A DNA stretch of 64,000 nucleotides from Paraspadella gotoi (GCA_051294375.1 CM119271.1:7316073-7380072), one strand, 5' to 3'. Positions 41,845 to 53,933 are shown, counted from the first letter of the stretch. Numbers and translations are program-made. The notes: generated by a model from the letters alone, not told the origin.

Positions 41845-41945
41845 ACCTAACCCCTAACCCCTAACCCCTAACCCCAAATCCCAAACCCCTCACCCCTAAC
41901 CACTAACCACTATCCCCAAACCCCAAACCCCTAACCCCAAACCCT
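41845..41945 (-). repeat. Telomere-like (TTAGGGG)n tract at the 5' end of Tob intron 1
   Basis: CCCCTAA/CCCCAAA units on the + strand, starting about 20 nt into the intron from the exon 1 donor. Confidence 0.8.
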
Positions 41946-41965
41946 CCAAAACAGATAAGCCTCAC

Positions 41966-42156
41966 CCGACGTTGGTGATGGTGATCATCCGAAAGGCTGA
42001 GCCCTTCATGGGCTGATCCGGGTACCAGTGGCCGCTGAACTTGAGCCTGAGCCCTTTCTCGCATTCCTCGCCGAAGAGGTTGACCCGTCGACGAGGGAGT
42101 TGGTTGTAGAGATAAGAGATGAGGAAGTTGAGGGCGACTTGAATCTCCAGATGCAT
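41966..42156 (-). CDS. Tob: Tob/BTG (APRO) family gene, coding exon 1 (BTG domain N-half, box A)
   Basis: ATG at 42156 gives [63 protein letters not shown], closely matching the Tob1/Tob2 N-terminus ([33 protein letters not shown]...HWYPEKP.KGSGFRCI). Ends GG|GTGAG, a phase-2 donor. Confidence 0.97.
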
Positions 42157-43039
42157 CGTCGCGATTGGCTGGGTTGGGAGGGAGTGGTGGAAAGGATTTA
42201 ATTGATGGAATTGACGGGTTGATGGAGTTCTATGGAATGACGGAGTGATAAAATGATGGGAGCAACGGAATGAAAGAATGATGGAGTGATGGTTGAATGA
42301 TTCAACGATATCAATGAAGATATATTTAAATTTTAATTTATGAAAAATTGGAAATAGATTAGAAATTGTCATGATTAAATATTCAGCATGGTTCAATAGT
42401 TTAAAATATCGAATAAAATACTACGAAGTCAGTTTTTAAACCCAAGTTGCAACAGTTGGCAATCGCATCGCTTCAAACATCATTCCCGCGTGCAACTTTT
42501 TTTGGTTTTGCCCTTTTTTGCTTCCTTTTTTTTCATGCTATTTTTTTTTCTTGTGTTGCGTTTTTAGTTTGGCGAGAGGTCCTAAGTTCGCGGCCATATT
42601 TTCCAAAAATAGAAATAAAAAATCGAGCGCCGAAACTTGTTTATTTAATTCGCTCCCATTTTGGCAAAACAAAACAAAAACAAGAAAAAAAAGGGTAAAA
42701 ACGTTGCGGAGCAGGAGGAAAGGATCAGGGCGAGAAAACGAATGATAACGCAATACAAAAAGAAAACAAAGATGGCAAAAAGTAACGAAACTGGGAGCCG
42801 AAACAAAAAAAAACCAGAGATATACATATAACCGTTTGAAAGGTAGAAAAAATGGAAGATGAATTTAGCGTGCAACAAGTCAAGTAGTTTTATAACTTTT
42901 TTTTTTTTATTAAAGCATAAATTATTTTTCTTGCCAAAGTTTCTAATCCTCCTTTTCCTCCTTTGCCTCCGATAACGAATAATTGAGACAGTGAAACATT
43001 TTCATTATTATATAATTATATTTTTAATATATAATTGAC

Positions 43040-43112
43040 AGTTAAATGGACAGACTGACAGACCGACCGAAAAGCGTTTTATTGAGTCGCGTCTCCACGC
43101 GACTGTGAAAAG
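43040..43112. mobile_element. Short HINE/DINE-1-like (Helentron-associated) terminal fragment
   Basis: (GACA/GACC)n followed by the hairpin AGTCGCGT-CTCC-ACGCGACT and an A-tract. A similar fragment lies at 33830-33890 and a duplicate at about 38170-38240. Confidence 0.5.
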
Positions 43113-46029
43113 AAAGAAGGAAACATATTTCTATTTTCTTTTGTTCGGCTTCGATGAATCTTTGAACTGATATTGGAAGAAGAAGGAGGAAGAGAAGGAG
43201 GAGGAGGAGGAGGAGGAAATATTGGAAAGTATGGAACGGGGTTAAGTTGTTGTTTTGTTTAGGGTTCGCGCAGAGTTGGTCACGCGCGATAGGAAGTGGA
43301 TGCTAATTCGACCCGCAACGGATATATTTCCTTTTAAAATATTTTTCCTATTTTTATTTTTCTTGAAATATAAGACAATGTTTTATCACACAAATGATAA
43401 TCAAATCAATCGATCGATAATCGATAATCGATCGATAAATCAACCAACATTCAAAATCAATCAATAACAATCTTACTTTCAATCGTTCGTGAAAGATTTT
43501 CTTCGAGAGGAATAGTTGAGTAGCAAATCGTAGAAAAATATAAGAAAAATAGAAAAAACTGGGAATCGCGACGAAAAAAATGTCGACAGAGAAAGAGAGA
43601 GTGAGAGTGAGACGCGAAGGAGGACAGAGAGCGAGACGCGAGGTCTGTTCAGCTCTTTGGTGGGCGAGTTATTTTTTTTCTTTTTGGGAGGGGAGGTGGG
43701 GCCGACGCCGCCGTCAGCCGACGAAAGTCTTGCGCGCGTCGGTTGGCCGACGCTCAAAATTTACGCCGACATTTTATCGGCGGCTGGAGGCGTCGATGGG
43801 AGTTTCCGGTGTTTTTCTCGGCATCGAGGAAATTCGCGGCATCGCAGTGGCGCGGCATCGCGGCATCTTGGTACGATACTTCGTAGATGAGATTGTTGAG
43901 CTTCGATTTTCGCCGTCTTTTTTTTTCGCTCAGTTTATTTTTTTGTTTCTCTCCCTTTTTTTTTATCTTCGGGACGAAGAGGCGCCTTTTGTTCTTTTTT
44001 TATTCCTCCTAGACCGACGAAATGGCGCGCGGGACCTCTGGTGGAAGAAAAAAAATGGGTAAAAAAGTTATTGAAGAAATAAAATCACCGTAATTACGAT
44101 AATATTTTCGTTATTGTTTTAGGAGAAGAAGACAGAAATTTTTTGAGGGAAGTTTGTAAAAAAATAAGGAAGAAAGGATTTTTATGAATTTTATTTTTTA
44201 TTTTTTAAAAACTTAAAATAACATGCAATCAGCTACGTAAGACAATAATTGGCGTAATTGAGAAAAATGGTATAAAAAAAAACGAAAATAATATAAAAGG
44301 AAATAAAATGACGCATTTTGACGTAAAATGACAAAAAAATGATGTAAAATGACTTGAGATGACGAAAGATTGTCAACGTGACATAAGTTTTTAGATAAAG
44401 TTTAAAAGGGACAGTAAAATAAATTTCCTAGAGTGAAGTAGACTGACGAAGTAAATGAGATAGATTAACGAAAAGAGAAGAAAATGGGAAATGGGAAAGA
44501 AGGCAGAGAAAGGTAAAGAGAGGAAAAAAGAGAAAAAAGAAAAAAGAGAAAAAAGAGAGAGAGTCGAAAATTTAAGGAACCCAAAAAGTAATCGATTGTT
44601 TTGAAAAAACAAACGAATTTAAGGGGAAGAAGAGAAGGAGAAATCGAAGAGAGAAAAATATTTGAAAAAGTCAAAACATTAAGGGGAGACGATAAAAGAA
44701 AATTAAAAATGAAAAAAAAAATAAGACGAACGAGTTCGAATGATGTATGATTGAGATGATGAATGATATGATGATTTTGATGATGATGATTGATGATGAT
44801 GATGATGATTGATTGATTGATGTATGAATGATTGATTTGCATGATGATCCGACGACGACGAGCGACCCGCGAAAAAACGACCGATTGCAGTTTGAAAGTT
44901 ATAACCGTCGGAAGAAATTGCCAGTTAATATTACAGGACAAACCCGATTTGTTGTGATGACCTTCGACACAACAACTATCACAACAACGACGACAACGAC
45001 CAAAACGAATTATCATTTCTTGTCGACAGACAATAAGTCCCGCGACTTGACCACAATCCTTTTGGCGTACTCAGCTCAAGGGGGAAAGGGGAAGCGGAAA
45101 AGTAATAGAGAAAAAAAAAATTTAGCTGAGGAAAAAAAGAGAAGAGTTAAGACCCGAAATGAATCTCACCAAAATACTAGAAATTTAAAAAAAAAAACTA
45201 TTATCGAGACTTAAAAAGGTTTAGGTAAAGACATCCTAAAAGTCTTTCCGGGCGTCAATTACGTCCTTGCTACGTCGTAAACCCGTCATCGCGATGCGGG
45301 CGCCAAACTAACGAAATTCGCGGAAAAAAAAATAGCAAAAATAAGAACAAGAGATAAAAATTGAATCGATACATCTGCATTTTTTAAAAAAAAATCTTTA
45401 CTTTTTATTGTTTTTGTTTTTAATTTTTTAAGGTAAAGTAAATTTCAATAAAGCACGAATTTATCTTAGACCAATCTAAGAGCTTTAATTCAAACTTCAT
45501 GATTATATCGTAATCTTATCGGTCAGTCATAATAAGCGAATAAACATAAAAGTAAAAAAAAGAATCGACGCGACAAACCAAAAACCCGTCGCGTATCAAT
45601 TTTGGAACGATCGAGTTAGGAAAATTAAGAAGCTGCGGTTCTAAAGAAATCTCGCCGGAGTATTTACGGCAAGCTTAACACGCTTTGACGCTTTAGCGAT
45701 ATCTCCGGAATGTTAATTAATTATTATTATTATTAAATCGACGAAAGCGAGAGATTAGGCGCGATTTAGAAATGGTTGTCAGACACACTTTTTTAAACAA
45801 TTTGTCCTTTTTCATATGTAAGGCCGACGTACACGCGTGTCTGTATTTCGATGTTCGCTCGACTTTATTTTCTGAGCAAAAATTGGCGTCTTCATTTTTG
45901 TTTTTTCGGCTAAAAGACTATTGGTCGGACAGTTAATCGAATGAGGCGGATTTTATATTGGACGAACGAGAGAGAGAGAAGAAGAGAGGAGAGAGATGAG
46001 AGAGAGAGAGAGAGAGAGAGAAGAGAGAG

Positions 46030-46068
<39 letters not shown>

Positions 46069-47409
46069 GGAGAGAGAGAGAGAGAGCAGAGAGAGAGAGA
46101 CGTTGAAAATTTGAAAACCCGCGAACACAATAACAAACGAAAATAAAAAAATATTTCTCCAATTTTCCCGTTTCAAAAACAAGATTACAATCCCAAAAGA
46201 ACCAAAACGAAAAAAAAACAGCAAAAGGAAGAAATTGTTTTGGTATGAAACCCGCCACAAATAAGAAAGAGATCCAAGAAATATTGCCTCTTAAAAAACT
46301 TCGCAACAAAAACATGCGTGGATACACTCACACAATAGAAAAATGAGGGGGAGAGACGGAGAGATGTTTACTCACCGCTCGACCTTCAATCCAAAAAACT
46401 CTGCTTTATAAACCATCAAACGGTTAACAAAGAATAACATTTTTTTTTGACAGCAGTAGTTTTAAATCTGGATCTTACAAATTGCTGTAATGTAATTTTT
46501 ATGGCGGTCACAGTCTCACTTAATTTCGTATGTAAATCTTAATCTTAATCTTGCTTTCAGCTTTCAGTAGAGTTATTCTTTACAACCTAAATAGACTACT
46601 TGAAGTTATACTAAACATTTCCATTGCATACCCCTTTTAAAACCATATTATTAGTAAATTTTACTATCCATAAAAAAAGTACGTACTTATTTTTCCTTTG
46701 CGCCAAGCCAGCTTAAAACACGAATGAAGCGGTTAATACCAATTTTATGTCAATTTAAAGGCAAATTATTATAATGAACGGATCATCTTGAAAAAAAAAA
46801 GAAATGAAAAAAAAATCTATATTTTCTTTCTTTTTTCAATTTCCGGTTTTCGGTTTTGCAAAAAAAAAANNNNNNNNNNNNNNNNNNNNNNNNNNNNNNN
46901 NNNNNNNNNNNNNNNNNNNNNNNNNNNNNNNNNNNNNNNNNNNNNNNNNNNNNNNNNNNNNNNNNNNNNNNNNNNNNNNNNNNNNNNNNNNNNNNNNNNN
47001 NNNNNNNNNNNNNNNNNNNNNNNNNNNNNNNNNNNNNNNNNNNNNNNNNNNNNNNNNNNNNNNNNNNNNNNNNNNNNNNNNNNNNNNNNNNNNNNNNNNN
47101 NNNNNNNNNNNNNNNNNNNNNNNNNNNNNNNNNNNNNNNNNNNNNNNNNNNNNNNNNNNNNNNNNNNNNNNNNNNNNNNNNNNNNNNNNNNNNNNNNNNN
47201 NNNNNNNNNNNNNNNNNNNNNNNNNNNNNNNNNNNNNNNNNNNNNNNNNNNNNNNNNNNTGAGGTGGTGTCGTGGTGGTTGGTAGTGGGAGCGACAATTT
47301 CTGTCCAAAGGGGAAGAGGAAAGATCGAGAGGGCGCTGCGAACGAGAAATCCACCATTTTGTATTTTTACTTTTTGACCCGTACAGTTTGGTGTCTCTCT
47401 TTCTCTCTC

Positions 47410-47457
<48 letters not shown>

Positions 47458-47469
47458 AAGAGAGAGAGA

Positions 47470-47517
<48 letters not shown>

Positions 47518-48616
47518 NNNNNNNNNNNNNNNNNNNNNNNNNNNNNNNNNNNNNNNNNNNNNNNNNNNNNNNNNNNNNNNNNNNNNNNNNNNNNNNNNNN
47601 NNNNNNNNNNNNNNNNNNNNNNNNNNNNNNNNNNNNNNNNNNNNNNNNNNNNNNNNNNNNNNNNNNNNNNNNNNNNNNNNNNNNNNNNNNNNNNNNNNNN
47701 NNNNNNNNNNNNNNNNNNNNNNNNNNNNNNNNNNNNNNNNNNNNNNNNNNNNNNNNNNNNNNNNNNNNNNNNNNNNNNNNNNNNNNNNNNNNNNNNNNNN
47801 NNNNNNNNNNNNNNNNNNNNNNNNNNNNNNNNNNNNNNNNNNNNNNNNNNNNNNNNNNNNNNNNNNNNNNNNNNNNNNNNNNNNNNNNNNNNNNNNNNNN
47901 NNNNNNNNNNNNNNNNNNNNNNNNNNNNNNNNNNNNNNNNNNNNNNNNNNNNNNNNNNNNNNNNNNNNNNNNNNNNNNNNNNNNNNNNNNNNNNNNNNNN
48001 NNNNNNNNNNNNNNNNNNNNNNNNNNNNNNNNNNNNNNNNNNNNNNNNNNNNNNNNNNNNNNNNNNNNNNNNNNNNNNNNNNNNNNNNNNNNNNNNNNNN
48101 NNNNNNNNNNNNNNNNNNNNNNNNNNNNNNNNNNNNNNNNNNNNNNNNNNNNNNNNNNNNNNNNNNNNNNNNNNNNNNNNNNNNNNNNNNNNNNNNNNNN
48201 NNNNNNNNNNNNNNNNNNNNNNNNNNNNNNNNNNNNNNNNNNNNNNNNNNNNNNNNNNNNNNNNNNNNNNNNNNNNNNNNNNNNNNNNNNNNNNNNNNNN
48301 NNNNNNNNNNNNNNNNNNNNNNNNNNNNNNNNNNNNNNNNNNNNNNNNNNNNNNNNNNNNNNNNNNNNNNNNNNNNNNNNNNNNNNNNNNNNNNNNNNNN
48401 NNNNNNNNNNNNNNNNNNNNNNNNNNNNNNNNNNNGGGAAGAGAGTGAGAGAGAGAGAGACGTTTCGTTGTGGGAGAGCTTGCCAAGGTCACTGGAAAGA
48501 ACCTCCGCGGAGAATTCTTCAAATTCTTATTGGTCAAATGAGAAAGCTACCGAGCATTCAATTGGTCCATTTTTTAGAGAAGAAGAGGAGAAGAGGAGAG
48601 AAGGAGAAGCAGAGAG

Positions 48617-48694
<78 letters not shown>

Positions 48695-49924
48695 AAGATA
48701 AAGACAGACAGACAGACCGATAGAAAGGACTTATCACCTGTCATGCCTGTTTCCTCGTTGAAAGTGTTACTTTATAAATTCCCGTGGCGGCTATTATGAC
48801 CTTGTCCGTTTGTCCGTTTGTCCGTTTGTCCGTTTGTCCGGGGTTGTTTGCATATTGAGAGGAAAAGGTGTGGGAGGAAAGATAGGAGAATAGCGGGTCT
48901 TTTAATGAAGCCGAAGACAATGAGACGACGTGATATTCAGTCGGTCGACCGAAAAAAAAAGGGAGGAAAAAAAAAAGAGGAAAGAATAAAAGAAAGATGG
49001 CGACGGCGCCTACGCACCGGAGGCGGAGGAAAAGGAAATGAGAACGAAGGAGGAAAATCGTTAAAAAGAAAAGAAAGGAATCGAGTGGAGGAAGAGAGAA
49101 TTGGAGAAGTGCTCGGAGAAAAGAGAAAGGAAAGAGAATGGAAGGCAAGAGGTAAAGAGATACGTCGGCCGAAAGAAAATAAGGATCGATACTTGTACAC
49201 CTGAAGATTCTGATGACAGAAAATGAAAGAAAAGTTTTAGAGAAAATAAGGGAGGGGAAAACAAAAGAATAGAGCCGTTTGAATGATCAGTCTGTCAACG
49301 AGCGATTCTAGTCAGAGGTAACAAAACGAATTCTTGAAAAAAATCCCTTCGGTCGGGCATAAACTCAGATTCTCCTGATGAATAATAAAGTTTACTTTTA
49401 CAAGTAAAGAAATAAAATAAATCTGGCAGCAAAAAAGGACCCCAACAAAAAAAAAATTGTAGGAAATAAACATTAGACAACTTTTGTTTATCTATTTATT
49501 CAATTACTTTCTGAAAGAATCTCCGTATTTTTTGTATAGGACCGTCATTTTTTCTCGTTTTAATGTAAAAAATATTTCTTGAGGATTCAACATAAATTTT
49601 TCGGACTTTCTTTTTTCCATCTTCGAATTAAACTCATATGAAATTGGTACAACCAATACAGTAAATTGTTTTGATTCATACGATAAACGAGCTCCCTTGC
49701 CTCAGACTTTGGAAAGTCTATGCTGGGTTTCCGGCTAAATTAGTCGAACAAAAACCAGACGCAGTCAAATTGTTTTTCCTTCCAAATTCCCAAACGCGAG
49801 TGACTCCTTCCATCGACTTCGTGATTTCCTTCCATCTTGGATCGAATCGACCTCAAATTAAATCCGGGACTCAAAGAACCGGATGTGGGAATGGGCGCCA
49901 CATTTCCTGGAATTTCGATGAAGG

Positions 49925-49965
<41 letters not shown>

Positions 49966-51112
49966 GGCGTAAAGGGGCGTGGCGGAAGTTGGCGCGGTAT
50001 CGGTGTAAATTGCGATTGTAACGAAGTCGATTTCTAAACTCAGATCTCATTTACTGGATGCTCGTTACTTAACGAGGTTAAATAAATATGTACTATACTA
50101 AACTGGAATTCATTAAACGATCAAGTTGATGTCTCGGCTTTTTGACATCGACTTGCTATCTTGCGCTGGAAAAAAAAACGTCAATCGAAAAATATCCGTA
50201 TTTCTTGACAAACAACATTCGGGAGACCGACAATAGCGAAACCAAATGACAGGAGAGAGAAATGTATGTCTTGACAGTTGAATGTACATACATCTTAACA
50301 AATGACAATATCTTGACAATTGACATGAGAGAGTGACATTCATTTTTCGAGAAAAAGTCACGAACGACGGGACAAAGATCGAAAATTGCGAGAAGCGAAA
50401 AATTCCATTTCATCGACTTTTTTAATGGGGGGAGAGGTGGAGAGAGGGAGAGGGAGGAGGGGAAGGCCGGGGAAGTGGGGGGGTACGTGACGAATGTTTT
50501 AGAAGTTATCGTCTCGCGAGGGGCGCAATTTATGAGTCGACGAAACATTTCAAATGTCACGACGGGAGAATGAGAGAGAGAGAGAAAGGCGAGGAATGCG
50601 TGGCGTGACAAAACGTCACGCGTACGTGACTTCGTAGCGTTGATAGAGAGAGAGAGAGAGAGAGAGAATGGAGGAGAGAAGAGCAGTGAGAGAGAGGAGA
50701 GAGAGAGAGAGACGAGAGAGAGAGAGAGAGATGGGGACGATGGCGGATGCGGAATTGAGACGAGATGCTGTTGTCGATGCCGACAGTTGATGGGGTCGTT
50801 GTGCGTTGACGGATGAGTCGTCGATAGTGATAAACAGTGGCGCGTATTATTAAGATATATATATAATTAACATTTTAAGTCGGCTTTTTAAAAAAAAGTT
50901 GAAAATTTTTTTTTTATTTCATTATTAACATTAAACTGTTAGTTCCAGCGGGGGCAGTATCGGGACTCAACTTAACATTATGACTAATTGAAATTACTTT
51001 GTTCATTCAACCATAAATAACACTTTCATAAATATAACAAAAAAATCTTTTTGACAAATCGCCTCGCGTTTCGACGATCCGCCGCCGTAACAACGAAGGA
51101 AGTAGGCGTGGT

Positions 51113-51143
51113 ATTGACGTCAATGACAATGACATTTACGTCA
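51113..51143. promoter_or_regulatory. Candidate CRE sites upstream of Tob
   Basis: The 12-bp palindrome ATTGACGTCAAT (full TGACGTCA at 51115-51122) is followed by TTACGTCA at 51136-51143. Function is inferred only. Confidence 0.3.
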
Positions 51144-52528
51144 CGCCGACTCGCGTCATCGACGTCTTTTTCTTCGGCGTCATGCGGCGTAATCGAGTTT
51201 CAAATCGAAAGCATTTTTGACGCCAGTAATTTTACTGACGTTGAAATTTTAAAATTAGAATCGATATTAGTTGGCGCGAAATTTTTGAAATCCGTTTCTT
51301 GACTTTATTTATCTTTAAGTCGATTTAGCCCTCTTTATTATGTTTAGTTGTTATACGTTAGTTGTTATGTTTAGTTGGATTATTGGAACTTCTAGGTTCT
51401 TTTTAGGTTATTTTAAAAGTAAATTTACGTCATTTTAAGTCCCTTACTTCGTGTCTGTAATTTGTTAGCATTAGTTATTGTGATTTTGTTTCTATTTTGA
51501 AAAAAAAAAACTTGCATGTTTTTTCACTCTTCTTCCGCCATGAAATGAATACAGTCGTTCGCCCGGACAAAACGCCCACACTCTGCTGGCGAAATCGTTC
51601 CAGGGTAAGGAGAGTCAGCATATCCGGTCGCTCCGCTACGTTTACGACCTCACCCTCGCCTTTCGGCGCCATCGTCCGCGTCCGGCGTTTTTATTTTGCG
51701 TAGCGACCGGAAACGATCGGAAATTTTCGCTGCCGCCGCCGTCGCCCAGACCGCGCCCACCGCGAGGAGGGGATAAAGAATATTTTGAGACAGAGAGGCG
51801 AAGAGAGAGAGAGAGAGGAGAGAGGAGAGAGAAGAGAGAGAGAGAGAGAGGAGAAGAGCGCAAAGTGAGAAAAGTGACGAGACTAAAAAAATGATCTCCT
51901 TTCTTCTTCCGGTTTTTGAGCCGCGAATTTAGAATAAAAGGGAGGAAGAAGAAAAAAAAGGAGGAACAAAAGGAAAAAGAAAAAATGAGGAACCAAAAGG
52001 AAAAAGGAAAAAATAGGAACAAAAAAAAAGAGAAAAAAAGGAGGAACAAAAAGGAAAAAAATGGAAAAAAAGGAGGAACAAAAAAGGAAAAAAGGAAAAA
52101 AGGAGGAACAAAAAAAAGAGAAAAAAAAGAGAGTAACAAAGGAAAAAAAGAAAAAAGGAGGACAAAAATAAAAAGGAAAAGAGACTAAAAAGGAGAGAAA
52201 AACTTAACAAAAATACAAAAAGGAAAACAAAGAAAAAGTCAAGCGGGAACAAGAAAAATGAAGAAAAATGACGAGTATGAATTATTGATAAGAGACATAA
52301 AGTAATAATAAATGTAGGATCCTAAAAATATTATGTAATGAAAACTGTCAAGAAATAATGAGTAAATAAAGAATCGCTAAGCTTATCCATTAAGGATTAA
52401 TTAATTAAGGATTAATAATTATTTTGAAGATAAAGAAGAAATTATGAAGTATCAACATGCAACATGAAATGCTACACAATAACAAAAAGAAAAAAAAAGA
52501 CAGTTCCAACAGAATTATAAATATATAT

Positions 52529-53123
52529 GTAGTCGGCATTGCCTAGGTTCACCCCGCCTATAAGCATGACACCTTCAGTCCTGACCGGTGCTCATTGAGT
52601 AAAGCCATCAGCTCATGACCACTAGGTACCGGGTTCAATCCCACCGGTACCTACCCTGTGGGAAGCGTGAGGATGGCCGTAAGGCCGCCTTGGGGGCGTG
52701 GCAACCCCTCAAGCCTTGTTCCAAGCCCAGGACCCGTTCCATGGCTACTAAAGGGGGTTATAGAAGTTACGGATAGTCGTTCTTCAGCCCACTTAGCGCC
52801 TTATCCACACTGGTGAGCCCATCCTGTCGAGCGTGTGGATTAAGGCGCTAAGTGGGCTGAAGATGACTATCCGTAACTTCTATAACCCCCTTTAGTAGCG
52901 ATGGAAACGGGTACCTGGGCTTGGAACCAGGCTTGAGGGTTGTTGCCACGCCCCCAAGGCGGCTTACAGCCGTCCTCCACGCTTCCCACAGGGTAGGTAC
53001 CGGGTTGGGATTGAACCGGTACCTAGTGGTCATGAGCTGATGGCTTTACTCAATGAGCCACCGGGTCAGGACTGAAGGTGTCATGCTTATAGGCGCGGGT
53101 AACCTAGGCAATGCCCGACTTAC
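52529..53123. mobile_element. ~595-bp palindromic (foldback/MITE-like) element with tRNA-like heads in each arm
   Basis: Arms 52529-52810 and 52833-53123 are near-perfect reverse complements around a 22-nt loop. The flanks are TA-rich and not mirrored. A decayed single arm lies at about 55069-55206. Confidence 0.85.
52583..52651 (+). other. tRNA-derived Pol III head (pseudo-tRNA/SINE-like), left arm; mirror copy at 52996-53067 (-)
   Basis: The two arms give the consensus GACCCGG-TGGCTCATTGAGTAAAGC (A-box-like)-CATCAG-CTCATGA-CCACTAGGTA-CCGGGTTCAATCCC (B-box-like)-ACCCGGTACC, about 70 nt. The anticodon stem does not pair, so it is not a functional tRNA. Confidence 0.6.
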
Positions 53124-53209
53124 TATCATCGTTATTTCCGTTTCGTTTCGTTGTGTTGTGGATGATAGAAAACGTTTTTGATTATCAAACAACGATTTTT
53201 ATTAATATG

Positions 53210-53255
53210 AGACGGACATGTTTGGCTTTAGTTTTTACAAGCCTCATCGGCGTCT
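53210..53255 (-). ncRNA. Hammerhead motif, inverted copy
   Basis: The minus strand reads AGACG-CCGATGA-GGCTT(GTAAAAACTA)AAGCC-AAA-CATGTC-CGTCT. It lacks G12, through mutation or read error. Confidence 0.65.
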
Positions 53256-53292
53256 GAGATAATTATGAACTTTCAAAAAGTTTGTGCAAAGG

Positions 53293-53332
<40 letters not shown>

Positions 53333-53442
53333 CAAAAGTTTCCAACACAGAGTGAGAGAAGAATAGTGGTCAAGATGTGAGGACAGGTTAAGGTAAGGAC
53401 AGAATGAGCCAGAATGTGAAAAGAAACTAAATGGTGAAAATT

Positions 53443-53492
<50 letters not shown>

Positions 53493-53787
53493 ATTTGAAA
53501 ATAATACATTTTTGCAATGTACAACAAAGATAAATTTTAGATTAAAGGTAAATAAATATTTAACAATTAACTACTAATAAATAACAGAATGTGAAAATTG
53601 AAAATGAAAAAGTGAAATTTGAGAGATTTGTGAAATAAGATTAATATGAAATAAAGTGAAAGTTCAAGGATTAAGAAAGAGCTCAAAGTGAGCTGGCCCC
53701 TTTGGTTGAAGCAAATGAACCTGTCCTCACATCTGACCACTATTCTTCTCTCAACTCTGTGTTGGAAACTTTGCTTCCTCTCTCTCT

Positions 53788-53832
<45 letters not shown>

Positions 53833-53886
53833 CTCCTCTCTCTCATTTCCTTTGCACAAATCTTTTTTGAAAGTTCTAATTATCTC

Positions 53887-53933
53887 AGACGCCGATGAAG
53901 GCTTGTAAAACTAAAGCCGAAACATGTCCGTCT
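53887..53933 (+). ncRNA. Minimal type I hammerhead ribozyme motif (U4C core variant)
   Basis: AGACG-CCGATGA-A-GGCTT(GTAAAACTA)AAGCC-GAAA-CATGTC-CGTCT. Helix I is AGACG/CGTCT, helix II is GGCTT/AAGCC, and helix III is the palindrome ACATGT with a GUC triplet (cut after 53928). Confidence 0.8.

Larger units (their letters stand above)
34130..43775. repeat. ~4.8-kb tandem duplication (34130-38935 vs 38965-43775) joined by a 25-N gap
   Basis: Both units start AGATAAAAAGGTTCACTGGATTGAAGAGCC and end TACGCCGACATTTTAT. The first unit is much more indel-rich. Confidence 0.92.

Noticed and set aside
42157-42396. N-terminal extension of the 144-aa ORF
   Set aside because: Family homology starts at MHLEIQV (42156), as in other Tob proteins. 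The upstream part is likely UTR or intron.
46783-48723. Long ORFs of 152-584 aa
   Set aside because: They consist of N gaps and (GA)n microsatellite.
52583-52651. Functional tRNA-Met(CAT) gene
   Set aside because: The anticodon and T stems do not pair properly and the sequence is embedded in a repeat, so it is treated as a tRNA-derived head.
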